A stretch of DNA of 64,000 bases from Naegleria gruberi (taxonomy: Eukaryota). Each line of letters begins with the position of its first letter. The first letter of the stretch is position 1. The notes below the pieces were generated by a model. It was not told the origin of the DNA, did not search any database, and saw nothing but the letters and a program-made list of their open reading frames with translations. The translations under genes and the position numbers were made by a program. Positions 1 to 10,500 of the stretch are shown one piece after another. The DNA is taken from NCBI GenBank assembly GCA_000004985.1, contig GG738895.1; one strand, written 5' to 3'.

Positions 1-1398
1 GAGAATCAACTTATTAATGAAGTGAATGAAAGAGATGATATGATCAAGGAACTTAAGTTGCAATTAGCAACTGACTCTTCCCTCAGAATGGAGTTGGATC
101 AAGTTAAAGAATTATCTCACAAATCATTAACATTGTTGGATGAACAAAATGAAGAAGTTAAAAAACTTCAAATTGAAATTATTCAGTACACAAACATAAT
201 TGATCAGTTGAAACAAGATAACGATACCAAACTTTCAGAAATGAGTGTAAATAATCAATCGCAGATAGAGGAGCTGGAAAATAGAAATAGAGAATTAGCT
301 GAAATGAAGCTGAACTATCAAAAGCTTGAATCCATGTTCTTCCAAATGGAGAGAGACTACAGAACTTTGCAGAGTCAAGATAGCGTAATTAACAGACAAT
401 TGGAAGAAAAATGTATCCAATTACAAACCAAACTTGAGGAGACAATTGAACCTATTACAAATAAGGAAGAAGAGCTTAAGAGATTAACTAAAGAAAATTC
501 AGACATGAAAGATCAACTTGTTGAAAATAAGCAAATTACCGAAAAGATGGAACAAGAAATAGAAAGACTGTTAGAGCAGTTAACAACATCGAGTACAGGA
601 GGGGGCAGCTATATGGGAGGAGACTCCAGCTTACTTTCTTCCACATCTAACACACAAAATGTTAAATCCAATAGAACAACCCAATCACCTCTCAAAACTA
701 GCCATCTTATGCAATCAGCTACAATCGACCTCAAATATTTATGGAAGCAGCTGAGATCTGAAATTGTTAGATTGAAGCAAAAGAATGTTGAACTTGCACA
801 ACAAATAATGCAAGTAACTAGAGCTAGAGAAGATATAATTGTTAAGTATGAAAAACAACTCAAATCTACAATGGTTGATTTGATGCACTATAAGAAAGTT
901 GCAGAAGAAGTTGAGCAATTGAGATTAGATAATACCAGGCTAACATTAACAAAGAAAGACTCTGAGGAACAAATGAATAACCTGTCCATAAAGCTTTCGA
1001 CACTTGAGGCTGAAAAGCAAAATTTGTGGAGACTACAAGACCAAACAAGAAAGGAACTCATTAACCTTAAGGAAAATGTCATTAAACTGTCAGAAGAAAA
1101 TGAAAGACTTTCCAGAATTGAATCAAAAGCTTCAAATATTGCAAATTTGGAATTGGAAAAACTAAAAAAAGAAAAGAGGATTCTAGAAGAAAAACTCTTG
1201 TTAGCCAATGATACAAACAAAACTCAAAAAGAAACATCTCAATTAATGAACAAAATTAAGGAAGCTAGAATTACAAGAGAAAAGCTTGAAAAACTGATCC
1301 GTGACCAAAGACATCAAATTGATGAAATGGATTCTACCAATAGAGAGCTTAAACTGAAATTGCAAAATTATGAAAAGGCTGTTTCTGCACAAAATTAG
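1..1398 (+). CDS. C-terminal part of a long coiled-coil protein; the 5' end lies upstream of the window and the stop codon is at 1396-1398
   Basis: The frame is open from base 1 (the ORF track starts at an internal Met, 22). It has a heptad-rich, charged composition of the type ...LKLQLATDSSLRMELDQVKEL... with no globular domain recognised. Confidence 0.6.
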   Translation, partial: ENQLINEVNERDDMIKELKLQLATDSSLRMELDQVKELSHKSLTLLDEQNEEVKKLQIEIIQYTNIIDQLKQDNDTKLSEMSVNNQSQIEELENRNRELAEMKLNYQKLESMFFQMERDYRTLQSQDSVINRQLEEKCIQLQTKLEETIEPITNKEEELKRLTKENSDMKDQLVENKQITEKMEQEIERLLEQLTTSSTGGGSYMGGDSSLLSSTSNTQNVKSNRTTQSPLKTSHLMQSATIDLKYLWKQLRSEIVRLKQKNVELAQQIMQVTRAREDIIVKYEKQLKSTMVDLMHYKKVAEEVEQLRLDNTRLTLTKKDSEEQMNNLSIKLSTLEAEKQNLWRLQDQTRKELINLKENVIKLSEENERLSRIESKASNIANLELEKLKKEKRILEEKLLLANDTNKTQKETSQLMNKIKEARITREKLEKLIRDQRHQIDEMDSTNRELKLKLQNYEKAVSAQN

Positions 1399-1475
1399 TG
1401 CACTTGTTGAATAATAATAAACAAATAATTTGAAATTTAATTTAGATTGAAACATTAATTGAATGAAGTAAAAAA

Positions 1476-4400
1476 ATGTTGAAACTAAGACAACAACTCA
1501 TCAACACTGTCTTAAATTCACATTCTCCGACAGTGGGATTCAATACCTTGTTGTTTAATCATCAAACAACATCATTGGTAGGATCCACTACAACCTCATA
1601 TCGTGCTATTCATAATAATCGTGGTGGTAATAATAACTTTAGAAACAATGATAATGACAATAACAATAGAGGAGAATTTAAACCAAGATTCAACAAGCAA
1701 TATCGATCATCCGATGATGCTACTTCATCTTCAACAACTAACTTTAACAAGAATAGTGAAAATAGACGAGCACCATCTTCATCAAATAATTATTCATCTA
1801 ACAACAGGGCTTCGGATGGTACCAATGGATTCAAACAAAACCGTTTTGAAAAATCCAACAATAACTACCAAAGATCATCATACGACAATAATACTAGATA
1901 CGAAAACAAGTTTAAAAAGTACGATACTAATAATAACAATAGATTTAAACAACAAGGTGAAAGTCGCTTTGAAAAGTCTGATAATAAGTTTAAAAAGTAT
2001 GATGATAATAATGGTGATAACAACAGATTTAAACAACAAGGTGAAAATAGGGTTGAAAAGTCTGGCACTAACTACCAAAGACCTTCATACAATGGTGATA
2101 ACAACACAAGATATGAAAATAAGTTTAAAAAGTATGATGATAATGGTGATAACAACAGATTTAAACAACAAGGTGAAAATACAAGGTTTGAAAAGTATCA
2201 AAGATCATCCAATGAAGATAGAAATAACAACAATAGCTTTAGAAAGTATGACAGAGAAGAAAGGAGAGAAAGAGAGGAATTTAAGCCAAAATTCAAATCC
2301 ACAGTAGTTCCTTTTGATCAATACAAGAAACAAAACAAGACACAATCAAGTGACAAATTTTCAAGTGAATCATCACGTACTAGATCCAAGTCTCCTTATG
2401 GAACACAATCAAGGAATCAACCAAAATATGAAAGAAAGGAAAGATCCAATCCAATCTATGAATATGATGAAGAGATTGATACCCTTTTTGAAGATAATTT
2501 AACACAAAAATCTAGTAAGGGAAGAGAAAACACTCGATTCAAATCATCTATTGAGAATCATGTTGATTCATATATTAGTGGAAAAGAACAAAAACAACCA
2601 AGAAAACAAACCAAGATGGCCTATATTCCTGCAAATGAAAATGTTAGAAATATGATGAAAAAGGAAATGGACAATGATGATTTTGAAGATGATTTCCAAG
2701 ACCTTACAAGTGTTAAAAAGATTGATATGAAGAACGTCGATAAGGATACCAAGAAGAAACCAAGACAAAGAGAAATTAAAGATCCAATGAGTGATGATTT
2801 GAAATGGATTGATGAAGATGAATACATGGCCATTCGTCAAAAGGGAATGAAAAAGATCATGAACAGTAGAAATGATTCACTTTCTAAAGCCTCTTCTCAC
2901 ATCTTATCCCAATCTAGAAATAATGTCACAAAACCACTAAATGTTCCAAGCAATGTCACCTTTGTTATGGATGATTCCAGAAGTTTAACAAGAAACCAAC
3001 CAACAGAAGAAGAAATTGAGGATGATGATGAAGATGTAGTTTTCTATGGAGATGAAGACTTTGAAGAAGATGAAGATTTTGATTTTGAAGAGGATATGGA
3101 AGAAGAGGAAGAAGAAAAACCAAAAAAGAAGGGTTCAAAAAAAGTGAAAAAGGAGCAGGAAGAAGCTCCAAAAATTGATATTCTTCCAGATGCCATGGTT
3201 GGCAAGTATTTGAAACAAATACAAAAAGAAAAGATGTCAAAGAATAGAGAATTTAAGTCTTTGCCTGTTGTGAATGGAGTTGTAAAGGAAATTTTCTCTT
3301 GTGGGTTAGCATCGAAAAGAAGTTTGAAACAAGCTGAGTATCTTCAATACTTTACCAGTGATGAAGTTTCTAAAACTGATGAGGAAGCTCAATCTAGAAA
3401 TGCAATGGCTAACATGTTGGGCGGAAATAGGGTGATTGAAGCACAATTGAAGCGTCAACAAGTTGCCAGAAAGACAAACAAAACTAGTCTTGTCTACAAT
3501 CAACCAGAACTCAGAGCTGACTTGCAAGTGAAAGATGATGTTGTCAATTGGGTATTTAAAAATTACAAGATGAAATATATTGGTTCGATTGGACTTTCTA
3601 AGAAGGATGAAGAATTGCTTGCTAAGGAACTAGAACAAGAAATGCAAGAAGAAAATGAAGAAGAAAATGAAAAAGAAATTCAAGAAAAACAAGAAGAAAA
3701 CCAAGAAGAAAATGAGAATCAACGTCTAGATATTGACAAATTATCAAAGGAAGAGCTGGATGAAATTTTGGAGAAGGAAGAAAATCTCTATGACTTCTAC
3801 CGAAGAAATTTTGAGGATCAAGAAGAAGAGGAAGAAACCCAAGTAGAAAAGAAAGAAAAGAATGAAAAAGAAGAGCCTGAAACCTTGGTTAGAAAGCTCT
3901 ATGATATTTCTAGAATGCTTGAGAAATGCAAAGGAATTCCACAAGTGGCATTTGCAGGAAGATCAAATGTTGGTAAATCATCAATTATCAATGCAATTAC
4001 TGGTAGAAATAACCTCAAAGCATCTGAAAAACCTGGTCAAACAAAGGATTTGAATTTCCACAGATTTGGAAAACACTTTTGTCTGGTAGACATGCCTGGT
4101 TATGGTTTTGCCTTCACCAAGGACAGTTCTGTTACTCAAAAATGGTTGGATCTCATCAGAAATTATTTTGTACAAAGTAGTACTGATCTTAAGGTTGTCT
4201 TTTTATTGATTGATTCGCGTCTAGGACTTAAGAGAAAAGATATGGACATGATTTCATTCTTGGAAGAGAATAATGTTCCATACCAAATTGTTTTCACAAA
4301 ATGTGATTTGATGTATGTTGACGATTTGGCAAGAATGGCATTCAAAACATTCAAGATTGATCCACTCACAAAAGGCATGACATTCAAAAATCATATCAAG

Positions 4401-4556
4401 GATGAGGAAACAGGCGACTTTAGAATGGTTTTCGTGAGTTCCAGATCCAAGACAGGAGTTGCAAGATTAAAGGAGGATATCGTGCTAAGACATGCTAAAT
4501 TCGATGTTGAATCATGGAAAAAGAATGTTAAGAAGAATGTTGTACTATTTGTGTAG
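1476..4556 (+). CDS. EngB/YihA-family ribosome-biogenesis GTPase (GTPBP8-like) with a mitochondrial-presequence-like N-terminus and an ~850-aa low-complexity N-terminal extension
   Basis: The C-terminal domain carries G1 GRSNVGKSS, G3 DMPGYG and G4 TKCD, and aligns along its length with bacterial YihA (AFAGRSNAGKSS...DLPGYGYA...TKADK). The N-terminus (MLKLRQQLINTVLN...) looks like a mitochondrial presequence. It is a single exon. Confidence 0.8.
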   Translation: MLKLRQQLINTVLNSHSPTVGFNTLLFNHQTTSLVGSTTTSYRAIHNNRGGNNNFRNNDNDNNNRGEFKPRFNKQYRSSDDATSSSTTNFNKNSENRRAPSSSNNYSSNNRASDGTNGFKQNRFEKSNNNYQRSSYDNNTRYENKFKKYDTNNNNRFKQQGESRFEKSDNKFKKYDDNNGDNNRFKQQGENRVEKSGTNYQRPSYNGDNNTRYENKFKKYDDNGDNNRFKQQGENTRFEKYQRSSNEDRNNNNSFRKYDREERREREEFKPKFKSTVVPFDQYKKQNKTQSSDKFSSESSRTRSKSPYGTQSRNQPKYERKERSNPIYEYDEEIDTLFEDNLTQKSSKGRENTRFKSSIENHVDSYISGKEQKQPRKQTKMAYIPANENVRNMMKKEMDNDDFEDDFQDLTSVKKIDMKNVDKDTKKKPRQREIKDPMSDDLKWIDEDEYMAIRQKGMKKIMNSRNDSLSKASSHILSQSRNNVTKPLNVPSNVTFVMDDSRSLTRNQPTEEEIEDDDEDVVFYGDEDFEEDEDFDFEEDMEEEEEEKPKKKGSKKVKKEQEEAPKIDILPDAMVGKYLKQIQKEKMSKNREFKSLPVVNGVVKEIFSCGLASKRSLKQAEYLQYFTSDEVSKTDEEAQSRNAMANMLGGNRVIEAQLKRQQVARKTNKTSLVYNQPELRADLQVKDDVVNWVFKNYKMKYIGSIGLSKKDEELLAKELEQEMQEENEEENEKEIQEKQEENQEENENQRLDIDKLSKEELDEILEKEENLYDFYRRNFEDQEEEEETQVEKKEKNEKEEPETLVRKLYDISRMLEKCKGIPQVAFAGRSNVGKSSIINAITGRNNLKASEKPGQTKDLNFHRFGKHFCLVDMPGYGFAFTKDSSVTQKWLDLIRNYFVQSSTDLKVVFLLIDSRLGLKRKDMDMISFLEENNVPYQIVFTKCDLMYVDDLARMAFKTFKIDPLTKGMTFKNHIKDEETGDFRMVFVSSRSKTGVARLKEDIVLRHAKFDVESWKKNVKKNVVLFV
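1860..2230 (+). repeat. Tandem in-frame coding repeats of ~40 aa (~120 nt) in the GTPase N-terminal extension
   Basis: The unit YENKFKKYD(D/T)N(N)GDNNRFKQQGE(N/S)R(F/V)EKS occurs at least 3 times; the nucleotide copies differ only slightly. Confidence 0.6.
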
Positions 4557-4580
4557 ATAAACAACGTATATTCTATATAT

Positions 4581-5417
4581 TTGATTCCAATAAAATTGAA
4601 AAAAATGGAAACAAGTGTAATTTATTGTGAAAGTCATGATGAAAATGTTATAGTTTCTCTCATTGATTTCCGAATAATATTGGAAGATCAAACAGTTGAA
4701 GAGAATTTGATCAACATGTGTAAGAAGCAAATGCAATCTCCACGACCAAAATATAATATGAAACAAATAGAAAAGTATGAAGATTTAGAGTTGGCAAGTT
4801 TGGAATTATTGAGAGGAATTTATGAGTATGGATTTACAAAATTACCAGACCTTCACAAAAAATGTATCATGCCAATTATTTCATCAGAACCTCCAATTGA
4901 TGTTGTAGTTAATGCTTACTGTGGTACTTCTAAAACTGCTGCCTATGCTATTTCTATTTTAAATAGAATCTATCCAATAGATGATTCTACTTATTCGAAA
5001 GGATGTCCACAAGCACTCATTTTAGTTTCAACCAGAGAGTTGGCAAAAAGTGTGTCTTATTTAATTAAGAGTATAGGTCGAGGTTTGAATGTAAGTGCCT
5101 TTCCATTAATTGGAGGCACAAAGACTACAGAAATGATTGAAAATTTAAATGAAATTCATCATGTCATTGTTGGAACACCTGGTACAACATGGAATGCAAT
5201 TGTGAGGGGCTATCTGAATGTTAAATATTTAAAAATACTAATTATCGATGAATTTGAATATATTTTGGATGGAGGATTCAAGGATTGTGTTGAGGAAATA
5301 TTGAACTCGGTTAGAAAAATTAATCTTCAAATATGTTTATTTTCTCAAGATTTTAAGGAAGAACGGGTAATGAATTTCATTGAAAAAGAATTGAGAAATC
5401 CTGTAAAAATAGTCTAA
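4581..5417 (+). CDS. Degenerate eIF4A-like DEAD-box helicase N-terminal (RecA-1) domain only; motif II is DEFE rather than DEAD, motif III is FSQ rather than SAT, and there is no helicase C domain
   Basis: Motif I-like AYCGTSKTAAY, Ia-like STRELA, GG, Ib-like VIVGTPGT, II DEFE and III LFSQ are present. The track start at 4581 is a TTG; the first ATG is at 4605. It lies in the same frame as the upstream GTPase, separated by one TAG (see findings). Confidence 0.6.
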   Translation: MIPIKLKKMETSVIYCESHDENVIVSLIDFRIILEDQTVEENLINMCKKQMQSPRPKYNMKQIEKYEDLELASLELLRGIYEYGFTKLPDLHKKCIMPIISSEPPIDVVVNAYCGTSKTAAYAISILNRIYPIDDSTYSKGCPQALILVSTRELAKSVSYLIKSIGRGLNVSAFPLIGGTKTTEMIENLNEIHHVIVGTPGTTWNAIVRGYLNVKYLKILIIDEFEYILDGGFKDCVEEILNSVRKINLQICLFSQDFKEERVMNFIEKELRNPVKIV

Positions 5418-5730
5418 TGTGTGGACTAATACGAAATAATTGCATGAAAATTCCGTAATTTTAATCATTGTAATAAAGTTAAAACTCAATACTGTTTTTG
5501 TTGATTTAATATTTAATTTAGTATTGTTGTAAACAATATTCGAATCTCTCTATTCAACAATGAGTGTTACTTTGTGATAGTTCAAATAGCACTTCAAAGG
5601 CAATACGAAACAATAGTTTACAAGATTTCCATAACTAATAATTGGCTTCCAGTGTGGAATATATAATATTTGGTCTCTTCATCTTGTGTCAAGTCGAAAC
5701 TTGTGAAAAAAAAACGAAACATATCACACA

Positions 5731-7461
5731 ATGGTTCTCTTAACCATTTCACTTCTTCTCATCATTCTTGCACCACTCTCTTGGTTCATCTATGATAAGC
5801 TCTACAAACCATACTTGGACTGTCAAGTGCCAATCGAACAAATTGACAGCGTACTAAATGGAAACCAGAAGAAAATTGGAGAAACTGCCATCATTATTGG
5901 TGGATCATTCTCTGGTCTCACAACAGCCATGGTACTAAGTAAATACTATGAAAAAGTCCTCATCATTGATCGTTCCAAAATTATTCCAGACGAATCTATT
6001 GCCAAAAATAGACAAGGTGAACAAGCTCACGTAATTGCCTATCGTTCAATGCTTGTCTGGGAGAAATTATTACCTGGATTCCTAGATGAATTGAAAGAGT
6101 ATCTGAAAAGAAACAAATTAAATCAAATAGTTTATCCTGCAAGTCAAATTAAATATAATTATAAGAATGGTTTGGGAGTTTCGGATCATTTGGATATGAG
6201 AAAGAATCCAATGATTATGGCATCTAGAGGTCAGATTGAAACTATTTTGAGAGATAAAGTTAAGAGAGAATTGAAAAATGTAGAGTTTATTGATGGTTAT
6301 GCAGTTTCGTCTAGTGGAATTAAAGTTGAAACTGTTTCGGATAATTTAAATGGAAAGGTGACTCGTGTTAAATCTGTTACCATTACAAAGGTAGATTCTA
6401 ATGAACAAGATCAAGCCGGCAATTCCAAAACAATTGAATGTAATTTATTGGTCAATTGTGCAGGAGCTAATTCAAGTAATTTGATGAAAAATTTAGAAAA
6501 TGAAATTTCACCAAAAAAGAAAATTCTCACCAAATCATTTATTGATTGCAAGATTGGATATCAAACTATTTTCATGGAACCAAAAGATTCATCCTATGAT
6601 AGTGAAGGTAAAGTTGCCATTTATAGAGAAGAAAAAGAAAGTGAACAGGAAAATAGAAAATTGAATGATCCTTACTATATTGTCTATTATTTATTGTGTT
6701 ATCCAAGTAGAAAGGGTATTCTATTCATGCCATACAGTGATAATACCTTCCTCATCTTGTTAACAACTTACAATGAAAAGATTAACTCAGTTGAGTATGA
6801 AAATGCTAAAGAACAAATTATGGAATTCTGTTCAAGTAATCCAAAGATGGAAAGAGATGCTAAGAATATGCTTGAAAAATTCAAAGATATTCCAACAAAA
6901 ATTGTTCCATTCTTTGAAAAGAGTGGAAGTGAATATATTCACTATGAAGATTTGAAGGGAGTGAGAGATTTCATTGCAGTTGGAGATTCGTGTGGAAGTT
7001 TAAATCCTATTTATGGACAGGGAGTTACAATGGCTGTTGATTCTGCTGTGCTTTTAGATGAAATGATTAAGAATGAATTGAGTAAGAATGATTCATCCCC
7101 ACAACAAGTTTTCAAAGCATCATTCTGCCAGGAATTCCAATCAAGAATTTGTAAATCCTATCTCGTTCCATGGTTGTTGTGTTCAAGTACTGATATGAGG
7201 TTTGATTTTGCCAAGTACACTGATAATCTTTCAATGCAAAAGTTGATTGCTCCAATTTTGGGATGGGCCACAGATAAGATGTTCATGTCTGCCAATGTGT
7301 CATCAGTTTCTAGTTTCCACTTGATGAAACTCTTATTGATGGAAGATGGATTTAGAAAAGAACTTCTCAATTTGCGTTGGCTCTTTGGTTATGTTTTGAG
7401 AAAGGAAGCTATGATTGCAACTTTCTTATCACTTTCTGTCTATATTGCAACATTGTTTTAG
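5731..7461 (+). CDS. FAD-dependent monooxygenase/oxidoreductase with an N-terminal transmembrane segment
   Basis: It has an N-terminal hydrophobic helix, a Rossmann dinucleotide motif IIIGGSFSGLTTA...LIIDRS and a C-terminal VGDSCGSLNPIYGQGVTMA motif of the GD...P.xGQG flavoprotein-monooxygenase type. Confidence 0.65.
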   Translation: MVLLTISLLLIILAPLSWFIYDKLYKPYLDCQVPIEQIDSVLNGNQKKIGETAIIIGGSFSGLTTAMVLSKYYEKVLIIDRSKIIPDESIAKNRQGEQAHVIAYRSMLVWEKLLPGFLDELKEYLKRNKLNQIVYPASQIKYNYKNGLGVSDHLDMRKNPMIMASRGQIETILRDKVKRELKNVEFIDGYAVSSSGIKVETVSDNLNGKVTRVKSVTITKVDSNEQDQAGNSKTIECNLLVNCAGANSSNLMKNLENEISPKKKILTKSFIDCKIGYQTIFMEPKDSSYDSEGKVAIYREEKESEQENRKLNDPYYIVYYLLCYPSRKGILFMPYSDNTFLILLTTYNEKINSVEYENAKEQIMEFCSSNPKMERDAKNMLEKFKDIPTKIVPFFEKSGSEYIHYEDLKGVRDFIAVGDSCGSLNPIYGQGVTMAVDSAVLLDEMIKNELSKNDSSPQQVFKASFCQEFQSRICKSYLVPWLLCSSTDMRFDFAKYTDNLSMQKLIAPILGWATDKMFMSANVSSVSSFHLMKLLLMEDGFRKELLNLRWLFGYVLRKEAMIATFLSLSVYIATLF

Positions 7462-7524
7462 ATAAAATCAAATTCATTTAATTTCTGAAGTTCAAATCTG
7501 GATTTGTTTTAGAATCTTATTAAT

Positions 7525-10500
7525 TTATTTCAAAAATTGTAACTCTGATTCATAAGCCTTTGGTTTGAATCGTTTTGGTAGTTCATTGGTTTTGGTATCC
7601 AATAACTTGGCATTTCCATCAAGTAACATGTTATCAAAGTGGAAAACGTTATCTTCCTTTGTCTTCTTGTTTACAATATCTGTGAATCGGTTAAATTCAA
7701 TCAATGGTTTGGCAATAACAGTTTCCAATCTTGGGGCTTCACCTAGAGCATCAATAATTTCAGAGGCAGAAATACCATTTGAGAAATCTTCAGATAAATG
7801 GCTCAAAACAAATCCAACTTGGTGTTTGGTCATTTCAGGACATACCAAAGTTCTCATTTCTTCTTGCAACAAGCCTTTTTGAACAATACATACGTCAGCA
7901 ACTTGTCTGCACATGACGAAAGCTTCTTCAGAGCTAGAGGTAGATTGTCTCAAACTGTGAATAATACCTTTAGAGTTGAACCAGTTCTCAATGAATGGCA
8001 ATCTCATCTTGATTTGAATAGCAGCATTTGTGTTCATCTTGTTTTGCAAGAAGTGGTTAAAGCATACAGCGTCAAGACCAGCAGCCAAATATTCAAAGAA
8101 ATGGTTGGAAATTCTCAAATCCACGTTATTGTTATCAAATTTGGATTTAAGTTCTGATAAACTTGCAAGAACAAATTTGATATCAGCTCCAGATTCTATT
8201 TCATATTGCTTTTCAGCAAAGAGAGCTCTAATCAACTTTTCTCTAACTCTACGAATGTGTTTCATAAGTAAATATGTGTAAGCCTTTCCTAATGTATTAG
8301 CCATTGATGTGAACAAGCTCTCCCAATTGGTAATAATTTCTTCGTTTTCTTCTCCTTCTTCAAGAGGTCTACTGAAAAGTTGTGGCATGTGTGGAGGATC
8401 GAATAGTGTTTCTTCTCCAGAAGCAGTGGTCTCTCTTGGACTTCTTAATGGACTTCTATTTCTTTGCTTCTCAAAAATAACAGCAGCATCACCAGTAGAA
8501 GTAGGTTTAAGTTGTTTGAGTGCCTTTTCAACAAGAGAGGCATTCTCCTTATCGAGTCCATGGAACATGGCAAGTAATCTACAAATTGCATTAATCCAAT
8601 AAATTAATTGATCATCATTGTGGGCATTCTTGTCTACAACATAATCAAGTGCATGAGAAACATTGGTAGCGAAAAGCTTATTTACACTCTTATTCTTTTC
8701 ATCGTTAATCTTCCACTTGTTAAGACATAGGAACAAAATTTTAACAGGAGTTGGAATTCTGCTATTCAAAACTTCAAAGGTTTGCACGTGTAAAATAGCT
8801 GACTCGACAACAAATCTTTGAACATCTAAAAGTTTGGATTGTTGAATGTAGGTGTCCATCTTTTCTTTAAGAACCTTTGCTTCTTCTTCCATCTTGGCCA
8901 TAGCTTCCTTGAGTACTGTTTCATTTTCACTCTTTTCATTAACTCCATTTTGCAAGTTATTAATTTCTTGGTTGCGCTTTTCAATAATCGAATCCAATTC
9001 ATTCATTGTAGTAACTTTTTGTTCCAGTTCTTGAGATTTTTCTGATAACTCTTGCTCCTTGGATTGAATGTTGTTAACAAGATTTTGTAAATCTTTTTCT
9101 CTAGTTTCAAGTTCTGTCTTTAGAGTTTGAATTTGCTCCTCTTGTTCAGTGACAGCTTGTGATTTTTGTACAAGTTCTTCATCAAGTTTGCTGAGTTTTT
9201 GTTCAAGTAATTCTGCTTCGGCTTGCTTTTCTTGAATCTTGTTATGAGCGTCTTGGAGTTGATTATTGAGATCAGATATTTCCTTTCCTTGTTGTTCAGT
9301 ACTTTCCAAAAGAGTACCTCTTTCTTGTTCGAGATCTCTCTTTTCTTTTTCAAGCTTTTCTAACTTTTCATCCATTTCATATTTCAATCTATTGAGAGCA
9401 TCTTCACTATTGACTTGAAGTCCCAAAAGTTCTCTGAGTTCATCTTGCTTGTTCTTCAACTCTTCGTCCTTTGATGAAATGATTCTGTCTTTTTCAGAAA
9501 TAGTTTTTTCGAAATCAGCAAGTTTTTCATGCAAACTCTCAAATTGCTTATTGAGGAATGATTGTTTGGCTTCTTCAGCGCTAGATGATTCTTCATTATT
9601 ATTGACTAAAGTACCGATCTTTGAGATGATATCTGCAATATTCTTGTTGTACTGTTCTTCTTTTTCTTCAATAACTTTGTTAAGACCTTGGGCCTTTTCG
9701 TCTTGCTCCTTTACTTGTTGTTGCAATTTTTCAACCACTAAATTGCTAGCATCCAACTCAGTGGTTACTCTTTCTTGCTTTTCTTTCAGGGTTTCAATTC
9801 TATTTTCCAGAGAAAGAACAATCTCCTTTGATTTAAATAGATCATTGATAGCTTCATCACGTTCTTGGATGGTTGTGGCCAATTGATTAGATTGTTCTGC
9901 GGAGGCATTCTTGAGTTTAGAAATTTCCTCTTCCAGTTGTTCAATACTTGCTTCTCTTTCGCTCAAAGATGCTTCAGCTCTATACTTGTCTTGGGTTACT
10001 TCGTTGAGTTGAGCTTTAGTAGTGTTGAGGTCATTATTGAGAGAATCAATTTGTTCATTCAAAGACTTAATATCCTTTTCTAAGGAGTCCGATTCTTCTT
10101 TTGCGGATACAAGTTTAGTCTCCAGAGATTCTTTTTCTTGAGTAAGACTTGAAATAATCTCTTCCTTGTGAGAGACTGACTTTGACAACAACATATTTTG
10201 GTGTTGATTGTCAGTAACATCATCTTCAAGTTTGGAGATTGATTCTCTGAGTTGAGCAATAATGATACCGAGATCCTTCTTCTCAACTTCAGCATTTTGA
10301 AGAATTTCAATCTTTTCTGATTCTAATTTTTCAAGTTTTTCAAGAGTTGAATCTTTTTCTTTGGTGATATCTTCAGCCAATTTTTTACTGGTGGCCAGTT
10401 GTTCACCAATTTCCTCCTTTGCTCTTCTTGTTTGTTTCAACTGTTCAGCAATTTCATCTTTCTCTTGATTGGCAATTTTGAGTGATTCTTGTGCCTTGTT

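Noticed and set aside
1603-2307. 234-aa alternative-frame ORF inside the GTPase N-terminal repeat region
   Set aside because: It is a low-complexity out-of-frame reading of the tandem repeats (IITTDLNNKVK...). The authentic frame continues into a conserved GTPase domain.
5539-5546. TTCGAATC T-loop-like motifs (also at 38299-38307), examined as possible tRNA genes
   Set aside because: No flanking acceptor or T-stem complementarity, D-arm or anticodon loop could be folded by eye; they are isolated motif matches in AT-rich intergenic DNA.
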